The position numbers and the translations under genes were made by a program. Source: Balanoglossus misakiensis (lineage: Eukaryota > Animalia > Hemichordata). From it: DNA of 64,000 nucleotides. This document shows, in pieces, positions 23,269 through 36,243 of the stretch. The notes beneath the pieces are model-generated. The model was not told the origin of the DNA. It made no database searches and saw only the letters and a program-made list of their open reading frames with translations. The stretch is taken from assembly GCA_040954595.2 (NCBI GenBank), contig CM082587.2, forward strand, positions 8,995,403 to 9,059,402, written 5' to 3'. Position 1 is the first letter of the stretch, and each line of letters begins with the position of its first letter.

Positions 23269-25193
23269 ATTAAGAACCATACCATATGCACAAAATGAAA
23301 GCGGAATTCAAAACAGATGTACAGCCACATTCACCACATATCTCCAGACTGTTGCGGTGATAAAGGCAATACCAGAATTCTCACAAATGGTCATTGTGAA
23401 AATAAATGCCAAGACTCCTATAGCACTTAATCTATGGTTGGCAGCTACATGTACCTTATGCTTTCATTCCCAGAAGAGGAATTCTTGACATAAAACAAAT
23501 TGTTAGCTGAATTTAAAGGTAATGTTGCCTTGCTAGTAAATGGTTTCTATTAAAATCTGTTTGAAAACTGAAGTGATCTGTGTCAGTGGCGTATAAGTCA
23601 TTCAAATTATTGAAACATTTTCAACTGATTTTTAAAAGTTGTTCTTTTACTCTATCTTTTACTGCTGAGGACAAATAAATGAAAACTGCCTGTAAAATAC
23701 ATTGAAGAAAATATAGAAATGGTAAATGAATTTTACTGCACATTCCTCCCTCAAGTGACACCCGCCCCAGCTGGTAGTACACCCAAAGGTCTTTTTTATT
23801 AGATCTTCATAATGATGAGTGGAGTGCTTCGATTGGACCTACATCTTGCAAGTCCCAGGGACTGAATTACCCTGACCCACATAAACGTAAGAAGCTACCG
23901 TAGAGGGCATCTCATCCAGTTAATGTTTGACAGACTGCAACAGGTGGGGTATACTCAGGTAAGATTCTAACCAGTTCTTTTTCAAATCAAAGTAAGTGGG
24001 GTTTTTTGCTGCAATCTCCTGTAATTCTAGACATACATGAACAATAAGTTCACAAACAATCATTTGAACCATGAGTTGTTGAACAGATTTGCTGCAAAAT
24101 AATTCAAACAGTGAATCTACTTATTTGATCTGGCTCCGTGGTTGTGCAGGGGTCACCTGAGGTCACTTTTTGTGGCCATTTTAGAAGTTATTTCCTTGTA
24201 CTAAATTAGGGATCAGGAAAACAGACATTGCGATAGAAGTCTTATAGTATCATTTTTAGTATTTTGGGTTGTTCAGTTAAATTCACAGATTAGACTGGAA
24301 TCATTATGAGTTCTGAAAGTAGTTGAAATTTGTGTTCAAATTCATCACACTTGCTCTCAGACCACTGTTGTTGTTGGCCCTGATATAGCGAGCATACTTA
24401 ATATACCCTTTACCGTGTGTTTTGTGGAGTTCACAAAGCTGTCTGAGTTGTAAGGCTATATGTTACTATTAGTGGGCTATTGTGATTCCTCAAATCACCA
24501 ACTACCAGCCCTCAATGTATGTTCTCTTGGATTTATGTGTCAGGAAACAGATTCTGTCTTGTGACGTGCTGGGAGTTTCACCTCGAGTCAAATTACTGAT
24601 TCTGAAAATTACCTCGAGTCAAATTACTGATTCTGAAAATTAAAGTCTATCCCAGTATATTTCACATCGTCTGTTGTATGACTTACCTTTTTTACTCTGG
24701 AAAGGGAAATATGTTATTGTTGATAAATTTTTGAGTTATGGACAAGAAGTCAACTTTAGATGGCCTTTCACAACACTGCTTGTCCGGGAAGGTAGATCCA
24801 AAGTGGATTGAACGCACAAAGCGTAGTTCCCCTCAGAAATCACCCAAAAACACAGAGAATATTGATATTAATTAGGCAAAGAGAATAGCAGATATGAATT
24901 TTGACATGGAATGGGTGGTATCGATGGCAATTTATTGATTAAATTTCGCCTTTGTTTGAGTGAAAACATCTTTGGAACTTTGAAATACTTGTGTCGAAAG
25001 TAGATTTGATTTCATGACTTCCCGCTTTTCTAAGTCATAGGTGTAACAACCCCCAAGCGACCGGTGTGTTATTATTGCCGTAACAATACTGATCTGGTTA
25101 TATTCTTTGATAGGTGAGACAGATGTATTAGTTCTGTTGGTGATCACTTTGAAGAACTTCAAAAGCTGAAGGCAGCTCAAAGATTATCCAAAG

Positions 25194-28100
25194 ATGGCAG
25201 ATTTTGATTGGTTTAAGGAGTACCTTATAAGGCTGGCAGATGACATCGGAAATGGTGAGTGTACATTTAATATTTGAATGTTTTTATCCCTGAGTGAGTG
25301 GTGCTCTAGGACACTCATGAATGGATGTCTCTACCCATCAGTGTGCATGTCCTGGTTGTTCAGGGAATGTCTATAATGATGCAGTTGTTGCATCCACAGT
25401 CATCTCACATACAACCAGTGTTTCATCTAGACGGGGGGATGGGGGGATTGACATGTTGGCACCCCCTAGCAATTTGTCAGGGGGGGGGGACCAGTGCCCC
25501 TTAAAATGATGCCATTCACATGTTGGAGATTATCACAGTCCCCCCTTGCCAGAGTGGAATCCCCCTCAAATATTCTGGCAAAGGGGGACATATCCCCCCT
25601 GCTGATACCATCCCGAATGAAACACTGAACTAGTATCAGTAATAAAACTAACATTTTCCCCTGTATTCTTGTAACAATCTTCTGTTGGAGCACCCAATGA
25701 AACACTGTACAACAAGGCTGATTTATTCAAACTTGGCACAAAGACAATACATGATCATCCCATTTTCACTTTGAAATTTAAGACTAGTGATCTCCTGTAC
25801 TTTTAAAATTTTTCTCAAAAGATTTCTTTCCAGAAAAATGTGTACAGTACTATAACTTTTTCTTTTTTCCGTTAAAGATGACCTGATTAAATTGGTGGAT
25901 GGACTGGGTGCCTTAAAGAAACCTTCAATACCAACAGTTGTGAGGGAAGAAATTCTGAGAGAGAAACGTGCATATGTTTTGTTTGATATGTTGTTAAAAT
26001 ATGGACATTTATCAAGAGACAAACCTGGAACACTTATTCAGCTGTTGAAAAATGCCAGACTTTACATGTTAGCAAGGCATGTAGAAGTTCGATATGAGAA
26101 AGGATTTGACAAAGACTATCCATATGATGAAGTGACAATTGAGTCTAGGATGAAAGTTGATAGCCCTCAAGAGATAAATGACAGAAGTGGAGAAAGTTTG
26201 CCAACATTTCCAACTGAGAGGACCTCAGCAGGACCACAGTTACCATCTCCCTCACAGCATCCAAGTCCCACAACAGAAGTGCAGTCAATGACATCAACTC
26301 GTCCCAAGATTCCAGCAGTGACAGCCACTCATTCCCAGACTCAATACACAACAGAATCTTACGGTAAGCACTTCCAGCAAGTATATACTAGTACCTATGT
26401 ATTTAATACCGTAATCACCCAAAATGTTCAACCAGAAAATCCAGTCAAACCTGTTCATAGCCGCTAATCACAGCTTTCCTAAACTGGCCTTATGGCTAGG
26501 TGATCTTTATAGACAGATCAATTAATTCACCCATCCATGTTTATTTTCCACATACTTCAGGTATTTCAGATGTCGGTGATGTTGCTGCTAGCAGTGCAGT
26601 TAGTTCAGCTGCAACACAGATAGAGATGACGACAATGATGAAAGATCCAGAAGGTGAAACCACAAGTGTACAACACCACATAGACAGACATGATTTAAAT
26701 CGTGCACTGTATCCCTTGGTGACAAGACTGCAGTCACTATCACCTAGGCAACAACCTGATTCAGTAGGGAAGGACACTAATGAGAAAGGTAACAATTTTT
26801 TTTACAAAATATACTGGAGCACTTCAACCAATCAATGATAGCCATTCAGTATGTGATTTCCAGGTGCAAGTATTGGCAGCTGCATGTACCGGCACCATTA
26901 TATTCAAAATCATCATAAGTGATATGGAGAATTGTCTAGCGCATCACCAATGTCTTCGTTGAGTCAGTTGCATGTCAATTGACGTAGAGGGTTCCCTACC
27001 CAGGGTGAAATTGACAGAAAGTTCTCATAGGTGTCCTGTATCTTTGACAAAAATGCAGATCCTATTTTAGTAACTGCTGAATGAATCATCTTGGTATTTG
27101 CATCAAAATTGCATTTTGGACTTTTGATGGGAATTTGTGGAAATGAAATTCTCATTACCAAATCTATGCATTATTTGAAAAAAAAGAAAATGATCAAATA
27201 TTTTGCTTAAATTCTGTAACAACATCTGCTTCTGTCATATTGCTGTGTTAGTGTGCGATTTCTTCACAAATAGGTTTGGATTGCAAATCAATAAACACAT
27301 CTTGTGTGTTCATTGTCCAGATAAAGACCAGCTCAAAACGACCATCATATTCCTGGCTGAAAAGTGGAATCGTGTGAAGGACACTGTATCTGCCCTCAAC
27401 TGTCAACTTGCCAGCAGTGTAGCTGAAGACAGACAACGTAAAACATGCTGTGTTGTTTTGGAGGCAAGTGACGAAGAAAGGAAAGATGCAGCTGATTGTG
27501 GAGTTGAGTTGATACTTCCAAGAATAGAAGAAGATGTGATTGAGAGATACAAGAACGACACACCGAAGCCAGATTGGTTTCTTTCTCCAGATACATTCTT
27601 CACAACCCTCACAGAGTTACAAAATGTGGAATTCATTGTGGAACACGTCAAGCCTTCAGCAAAGCTCCTGGTTGCAAATGTTTTGAGGAAACGATATTTC
27701 AAAGATGCTAACATTATCCTCATCAATCACACCATCCCATCAGTTGAAGTACAAGACAAACACATCAAATTTGCTGAGGAGGCATCTGCAGTTTTCTCTG
27801 TTGGACCAGATGTCTTTGAACATTACAAGAAACTCTACCAAACAACCAAAGTTCCTGTAAAACATGAATTGTATCTTCCAAGACCAGAGAAAGAATTCTT
27901 TGATGTTAATGTGGATCAAATAGAAAAAACAAGTGACTTGAAACAAATCCTGACTGTGATAACTGATGAAGATGTGAAATCCCCACGATATAAAACACTG
28001 GCAGCTGAAGTTGGAAAAACAGCTGAAGGATTCAAATTTATGTGCATGACGGTTCCATTGTGGTGTGTCCCTACTCCTTCAGAAGCTGATCTTGAAACTA

Positions 28101-31100
28101 CAAATACTTTTCTTACAGGCAACTTAAATTGTCTGCACATAAAACCAAACACTTATCCCTCATACAGCTCTCAAGATGAGATTTACAGAGATTTACGCCA
28201 GAGTAATGTCTGTATTATACCACCTGATGAGCCATTCAGGATGGAGGGATTACGATCCATTGCTGCAGGACTACCTGTGTTAGTTCCGGAAAGAACTGCC
28301 TTAGCAGCTTTTATGAACACATACCTAGGCCAAGAAGCAAAGTATTTCCTGTATAACCCTTTAGTTGATGGGGAATTATCAGAACAGATCAATAAGATGT
28401 TGAACACAACACATGCAATACCCACAGCAACACGTTTGAAGAATATGTATCTCAGTCACACAGAGATTACTGACAGTCATGAAAAGTTCAGAGCTTGTTT
28501 CAAAGAAGTCCAGAGTACACAGCCTGCACAAAGTAAGTATTTCCTTTTCGTGGCCAGCCTTCCCAGTCACTCTCAACCAAACCAGAAAACCTGGGTATTA
28601 GTAGAGTTTAAGGTTTAACTTTTCACTTGACTTTTATCAAAGATGTTGGCACCCTGTGTGATTAAGTTAACGACCATACTTCTGGTGGTATGTATCCAAT
28701 TATATCTTTATGATAACCTCACATTGATAATGTTGACAGCTGACTTACAGTCCAGACTTTAATTTAAATTTGTCAACAATAACTATGTTGAGTGTAAATT
28801 TGCATAAGCTTGTGTTGGGCATTACATCATGATTGGAGTAGAATAAAAAACTGCAGATGATACAAAAATAGTGTAAAATAACCACAAGATACGGTACTAA
28901 CAGAACTGAAGTGGTAGAAATGGGTGCATATCAGATTTCATATGTTTGATTGATAAGTTGAAAACAACTAAAGAAAAGATATAACTACAGAAACAAATGT
29001 TTTCATGAACTAAAGAAATAAACAACTAGTGTGTTTTTGCTAGTAATTTGTACATCTTGATATTATAATTAATTGAGTTGAAGCGATTTAATATAGTGCA
29101 AATGTCAGTCACATTTTTTTTCTGTTTGCTAGTTACAAGTCCCCAATCTGCTACCCATAGTGTAAGGAGTCCTTCAACTGATGAAGGTGTAGGAACTTTA
29201 GAAAATGCCTGTTCTCCTCAGCCACAAAAAAATGGTAAGTAGAGTTGGGATTACTTAGTTTAATATGCATAACGGTAGTTTCTGAAGTGAAAAAAATACA
29301 CACATATTTTCACTGAACTGCTCTTATTTAAAAATTTAAACTTTTCTCCTATAGGCGGTCCAGAATCTGCTGTTGTTTCAGATGAGAAACCAACAAGTGA
29401 AACTCACAAATCAAAGTTGATTCAACGGAAAAGGCCTTTAATGCCAAGTAAGTTGTGTTTTCTTCAGTGTTGCAGTATGCTTCATCATGATTTCACCACA
29501 AAATCTAGTTTTACAAAATTCATTTCCTTTTACATATTATCCAATGATCCTAAACACCATAGGTTCTAGGGCAGTCACCCCCTGGACATTTCATACCCAC
29601 AAGAAGCTTACTCTGATCCTATCCCATATGTCTATGCTGATTATCGGAAATGTCCAGTAGGTGTGTTCAGTGGGTAACCAAATTATATTCCGTCAACTGC
29701 TCTAAACACACTTAAACTGAGCATTAAAATTAACATCAACTGACTCTTCATGTTTCGTTTTACTATCATCTGCATTGATATTTCATTGCTATTTCAAGTA
29801 GGATAAATATATAATAATCTTTTAGGAGAAAAACCTAAATTAATGCTGAACTGTTTCACTGTTTATTCAACCCATAGCTGTTCATAGTGAAGTAAATCTA
29901 GAGTTTGAAGAAAAAAAGATGAAGATGGAGATGGAGATGGAAAAGATGAGAGGGGAAACAGAATGCAAGAAAATGGAGCTTGAAACAGAACAGAAAAGGA
30001 TGGAGCTTGAAAGAGAGAAAATGGAACTTGACAGGGAGAAAATGAAGCAGAATCAGATGTTCATAAATCAAATAACGGCAATTTATGAATTTCAGAACAA
30101 GAAAATCATGGATAGAGATGACCCAGATGTAATGGAACAGTTAGCTAAGGCCTATGAGGAATATAAAGCAAGATTAGATGGAGTTGGACTTGGCTCTTTG
30201 TGGTTCTTACTGAGTTTCCTTTCAGAGGAAGACATTGATTATTTCTGGCAGAAATACAAAGCTGGAGAAGTTGATGAAATGCTGAGTGGTATCCTAATAA
30301 CATCCGAGATGAGATCCCTAGCAGAGAAAGCTGGACGTGTTGTTAGAATCAGAATGAAGATAGATGAAAAGGAGTTTGAGATTGTCAAAGACATACTTCA
30401 CAGTGAGTATTATACGGTAGTTTTCACAACTATAATTATTATTGAATATCTTGAAGCACCAAATTAGAACTGAATCGTTTGTAGCAGCAAATGAACTTGA
30501 ATTGAATTCCACACAAGAATTTAATGGAGAAGGTCTCCAACTTTTGGTTATTTTATTTTGATAGGTATGTTGTTCTACTGATTGAAACATACATCACTCA
30601 ATTCACAACCATTACATGGATATTACACATGAACATTTCCATCATTTAATTTTTAGTCAATATCAGAATTATATTGCTGACATATTCTTTCTCAAGTCAT
30701 ATCCATGTACAGGGTGCTGATGGAGTTGTAACAACTGGTCATTTAGTTTGTGTTAGGGAGAAGAATAAAAAATAGCCCATCAAGATGAAAAAATGTTAAA
30801 AAATTAGCAATGTTATCCCTTTAATGCATCCATGTTTATTTTCCACATACTTCAGGTATTTCAGATGTCGGTGATGTTGCTGCTAGCAGTGCAGTTAGTT
30901 CAGCTGCAACACAGACAGAGATGACGACAATGATGAAAGATCCAGAAGGTGAAACCACAAGTGTACAACACCACATAGACAGACATGCACAGTATCCCTT
31001 GACGACAAGACTGCAGTCACTATCACCTAGGCAACAAACTGATTCAGTAGGGAAGGACACTAATGAGAAAGGTAAGATTTTTTAAAATAAAAATATACTG

Positions 31101-34100
31101 GAGCAGTTAAGGTACACATGTTTCCAGCAAAATAAAAGTGAACTGAAAATTGATGAAGTGATTGTTCTGTAGCTCTTGTACATGCACTGGTATGGAACAT
31201 ATATTCTGTTAAGAACAGTAAATGATTAATTATGTGATAGTGACGCATTTTTACCAACTTGTAAATATACGGTAGGGTAGGTATAAGGTTGGAAGGCAGG
31301 CCGTTGATTGAAAACAGTAGAAGAAAAAATTATTTCAGAAACAAAACAATTGCCAATGTTCTGTTGAAAGAAAACTTTAAATGACTGATAAAATCAGAAG
31401 CAGCAACCATGTTTTAAAAACTGGGCTGATCCTGGCTAGGCTGCGTGAACTACAGGCTGGGCAGTGAAACACTTATGTGATTCCTCAGGGTGCATTGATT
31501 AACTCCTGATAATGTATTGAGTTTGACTATCCAGTCTCCACCATAAATAACATTGATTTGGTTGTAGAATAATCTCACTAGTTGTATCTCTCTTATCATA
31601 GTTGCAGAAGATGCAATACAACCAAGCAAAGAGAGCAGCCCTGAGAAACAGTTAACAGAAGATAAACCCATTCAAACTGAACTGTCTGGGAGGGATCTCA
31701 ACAGAATGAAATTGGAGATGAAAGTGCTGCAAGGAAGGCTGAGTGAAAAAGAGGAAAAGGAACATCTGGAGAAAACACTCAAAGAAGTCAGAGAAGATTA
31801 TGAAGTACTACTAGCAAAGAGAGTTACTGGCAAAGATACACCCATTCAAACTGAACTGTCTGGGAGGGATCTGGAAGAAATGAAAATCGTGATGGCAGTA
31901 CTGCAAGAAAGGCTGAAAGAAAAAGAGGTAGAATTAAAGAAATGGACAGAGAAAAAACTCAAAGTTACTGGCAAAGAGAAACCCATTCAAACTGAACTGT
32001 CTGGGAGGGATCTGGAAGAAATAAAAATCGAGATGGGAAAAATGAAATTTGACATGAAAGTGCTGCAAGGAAGGCTGAGTGAAAAAGAGGAGGAAAAGGA
32101 ACATCTGGAGAAAATGCTCAAAGAAGTCAGAAAAGATTATGAAGTACTACTAGCAAAGAGAGTTACTGGCAAAGAGAAACCCATTCAACCTGAACTGTCT
32201 GGGAGGGATATGGAAGAAATGAAAGTGCTGCAAGGAAGGCTGAGTGAAAAAGAGGAGGAAAATGAACATCTGGAGAAAACACTCAAAGAAGTCAGAAAAG
32301 ATTATGAAGTACTACTAGCAAAGAGAGTTACTGGCAAAGAGAAACCCATTCAAACTGAACTGTCTGGGAGGGATCTGGAAGGAATGAAATTGGAGATGAA
32401 AGTGCTGCAAGGAAGGCTGGACGAAGAAAAGGAATGTACAGAGAAAATACTCCAAGAGAAGGAAGTACTAGAAAAGAAATTAACTGACAAACTAATCCAA
32501 GCCAAACAAGGTGATTCTAAGATGGACAGTTTGCAGAAAGAGAAGGTCCTTGAATTAGACGAGAGCACAAGAACCCAAGGACCTCATCATCAAGGTGTGT
32601 TTTCTGCTCATATGTCATAGGTTTGCATCGATAGCCACACTTGTGTGACAAATTGTTTATCAAGCTAAGTTGTAATTTTCAATCCGATCATTCTGAGCAG
32701 ATCTTTTCTCACACTCCTGGCCGCTGGGAGTGTGGGATAGAGAGTGTGGGATCAAATCAGTGTTTACCTTTCCTATTCCGTACATAAGGTATTTCAGATG
32801 TCGGTGATGTTGCTGCTAGCAGTGCAGTTAGTTCAGTTGCAACACAGACAGAGATGACGTCAATGATGAAAGATCCAGAAGGTGAAACCACAAGTGTACA
32901 ACACCACATAGACAGACATGCACAGTATCCCTTGACATCAAGACTGCAGTCACCATCACCTAAGCAACAAACTGATTCAGCTGTTGAGGACACTACAACC
33001 GCAGGTAAACTTGTTTTTAAAATCATCATTTATTCAAATTTTTCCACCAGTAATATTTTCCATCCTACAACTCATTAAAATTAGTTTAAGTTGAGTTTTA
33101 AACGTTGGAATGATTTATTATGTGGATGGTTACAAATAATGACTAGAATAGGATTAACTAATGTGTGAATACATCTCTATGGACAAGTAATCTGATATGG
33201 ACTGAGCCCTAATATTCATATATGATAAAAGATTAAGATTACCGTAGGCAGGAAATTCAGAGAAGACCAATTTCAGTCAAACATGTTTCATGACTTGTCT
33301 ATCATTCATTCTAGTATGTAGTCGTGGTAAAAGATCTACTGAAACTGACGAAAATTATTCAAGTCCACCCAAGAGAAAAAATGCATCATTTACACTCATG
33401 ATATGTATTAAAAGTATAAACTTACAGATTTATTCAACAAGATGGTCTGCAAGTTTTTCGATTGTTTGATCACACCTGAATCTGTTTAATTTTGATAGAT
33501 TCACAAGAGGACAAGCTTCAGGATGCTTTTGCTAACCAGCCAAGCACTTCTGATAATACACCAACCATGAATATGCCAACCATGCATATGCCAACCATGA
33601 AAACTACACCAGGTACGTTTCTCACCATGAATTGGTTGAACCCTTTCACCCCAATGGTTTGGTCCAAAACTATTGTTTTCCATGGTGAAATTGGTCCTTC
33701 ATAAAATGAAGTGGGTGAGAAAATTAGATTTTCTGGTCTCAATCACAAGAAGACATCTGAGCCCATCCATCATTTTGCTTTCAGTGCTTGAAAATTTTTA
33801 ATCAGAAATCACTTCAATGATGTTCAAAGATGTTGTGAGGCCTAATGCTCAAAAAATCACAATTGATGAAATGCTAGCTGGTGCACCATGATACTTTGGT
33901 TCTTGTGATCAGTATTTACAGAAATATTCAATAATAATAATTTCAGATGTTGTCATCAAGTGCCAACAAAAGTTGCAAGAATACTACAAGAGAAAGTCCT
34001 ACATTCTCCCCTTACCATGGTGGGATGGAACAGAGAGATTGAAACTCGAAGATATCTACGTACAGTTAGAATTACAAACCAAAGATGGACATTTGAGAGA

Positions 34101-35703
34101 TTTTGCAATACAAGATTTATTCACTGGAACTAATGATCGTGAAAATCCAAGACGAATTTTAATAGAAGGTGATCCAGGGTATGGTAAGTCAACTCTTTGT
34201 AAAGAGTTGGCATATGATTGGGCAAACGGCAATGTAAACTTTCTCAATTGTTTCAAACTTCTTTTTCATTTTGAATTGAAAGATCTACATGAATACCATT
34301 CAGGAAATAGTCAGAAACAAAGTCTTAAAGATGCAGTTTTTGATTGCTTGTTACAAAATGTTGAAGGAGCAGATGAGATATGGAGTTTTGTTGAAAGCAA
34401 TCAATCACAAGTGTGTTTTGTCTTTGATGGACTTGATAAAGTCAGTACTGATGATCTCCCAGTGTACTTTAAGCAAATGATCCGAGAAAAACGACGACTG
34501 CTGCCTGACTGCCCAGTAATTGTAACGTCTCGGAAAATCAGGGACAAGAACTCCAAACAGATGTACGAGAGACAATTATTGATTAAGGGTTTTGATACAG
34601 AGAATGCAGAAGCTTTCATTAAAAAGCATATAAATGCAATGTCTTCAATGGATGAAACTGTAACACCAGAAACAGCTGAGAGTTTTATCAATGAATTGGA
34701 CACATCCATCCACCGCAGCATTTTGTATGGATTTTTGCAGAGTCCTTTGAATACTTTGATGTTATGTGATATTTGGATGGAAACAAAGAAACTACCACAC
34801 ACAATCACAGAACTTTACAAAGAGTTAATTGATTATGTTGTAAAACGATACTGTGAAAAACAAGATAACATTATTGATCCAAATAGTGATGAAATCAGGG
34901 ATGAAATTCTCTACTTAAGTAAACTCTCATATACTGCTTTGAAGTCTGGTAAATATTCTTTCAGTGAGAAAGAAATTTCAGGTCATCCACACTTACAGAA
35001 ATTGGGACTTCTGACAAAAACCTCTCGACCTCCAAGCTATAACTTTTATCATTTCACATTTCAGGAATATTTTGCTTCATTGTACATTTCCCATCTATGC
35101 ACTAGTAACCATAAAGAATTTGAAGATTCTGTTGCATTTTCAGTTATTGGAGATTATTTACGGAGGAATGATGCAATGTTGAAGTTTCTTGGTGGTCACT
35201 TGCGAGACAATGTTGGTGAAGTATTCAAGGTTTGGGAGAGAAAGTCTTTTTCAGTTGAATCCTTTGATGTAAGGCCAATGTTGTATGAAAGTGGTTGTGA
35301 ATCTGAGGAAACAATATTTTATTGTGCGAAGTTTTTACCCGAAGATCTGAGAATAGACCTTAGGGACCGTTCAGTTTTTACGGCCGGGGGGGCCGGCAAA
35401 ATCCAGGGGGGGGGGGGGGGTCACTTAAATTTTGAAGTCCAAAAGGGGGGGGGGTCATCTGGTTTTTTTAAACGTTTAGGGGGGGGGGTCACATACTTTT
35501 GCCACCGAACTTTTGCTTTTGAGTCCACAAAATTGCAGTTTCACGCCCTTTATTTTACAAAATTTTCTAATGTGGGAGGGGGACACCCACCCCCTTCATT
35601 CTCCGCCACATTTCATTTTTTGCTGGTTTGTCTAGTGTACCAGGGCAGAGTACTTGCCACCCCAACCCCACCGATGATAATAGTTAACAAAGTAAACACA
35701 TAA
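25194..35703 (+). CDS. Gene B: NLR-like protein DED - GT-B glycosyltransferase-like - TRADD-N-like - coiled-coil repeats - NACHT, 3'-truncated by a MITE (no LRR)
   Basis: Exons 25194-25254, 25878-26363, 26561-26788, 27321-28532, 29133-29234, 29355-29447, 29878-30402, 30856-31071, 31602-32594, 32789-33004, 33499-33612, 33947-35703: all GT-AG phase 1, open frame. NACHT: Walker A GDPGYGKST, Walker B FVFDGLDK, VIVTSR, FYHFTFQEYFAS. Probable non-coding exon ending ~23958. 35363-35703 is read-through into the MITE. Confidence 0.8.
27321..28532 (+). other. Exon encoding a degenerate GT-B (GT4-like) glycosyltransferase domain of gene B
   Basis: IFLAEKW...VSALNCQLA, ILINHT, AVFSVGP, SNVCIIPPDEPFRMEGLRSIAAGLPVLV resemble GT4-type motifs found in invertebrate NLRs. 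Confidence 0.75.
33947..35362 (+). other. Exon encoding NACHT NTPase plus winged-helix/HD2 region of gene B
   Basis: LEDIYVQLEL, RRILIEGDPGYGKSTLCKELAYDW, DGLD, TSR, IKGF, SPL..LMLC, HFTFQEYFA. Confidence 0.93.
35363..35600. mobile_element. Harbinger-type MITE (left end only) inserted in the NACHT exon
   Basis: TTA then GGGACCGTTCAGTTTTTACGGCC, same as the 15909 TIR, followed by G-runs; right TIR not found; end coordinate approximate. Confidence 0.85.
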
Positions 35704-36243
35704 AGGAGAATAATTGTTTAAACCATTTCGCATAACTGATAGTTTCGCGCTGCATTTTATATACTAGAAGTTTTATAAATGATGTCATGACGAAGATAAC
35801 GCCAAATCTTCTAACTTTGAGTGGAGTGGCAAAAAGTAAAATTGGTCCTCCCAAACATTGAGATAATTTGCTTTTGAGTTCATAAAAATGCAACTTTGAG
35901 CTACATATTTTACAAAATTTTCTATTTTCTTATAAAGAGGCCACTAATTTTTAATCCCTATGAGTATTTTAAGAGAATTTAAAATGTTCCCTGACCAAAT
36001 GTAAATTTTTTAAAACTTTGAGATTCATTATGTATGTCTACGTCTGTGATTTGTGTGAAGGATATACCATATTTTTCGTTTAAGAATAAAGTTTCTTTTT
36101 TGCTTGATTGCAATAATTTGTAAGCGTTTTTGTTTCATCCATAACATAGTTTACATAGTTTGATCTTGTACTTTTATGGAGACAAAAATGACAGATTGAA
36201 CTTTGGGTGTCACCCCTTAAAATGATATATTACTTTCAATTAA

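Noticed and set aside
25416-25707. hAT-like MITE (CAGTGTTTCAT...ATGAAACACTG)
   Set aside because: Two alternative right ends (25627, 25707) and no exact TSD; probably a decayed MITE but boundaries unsupported.
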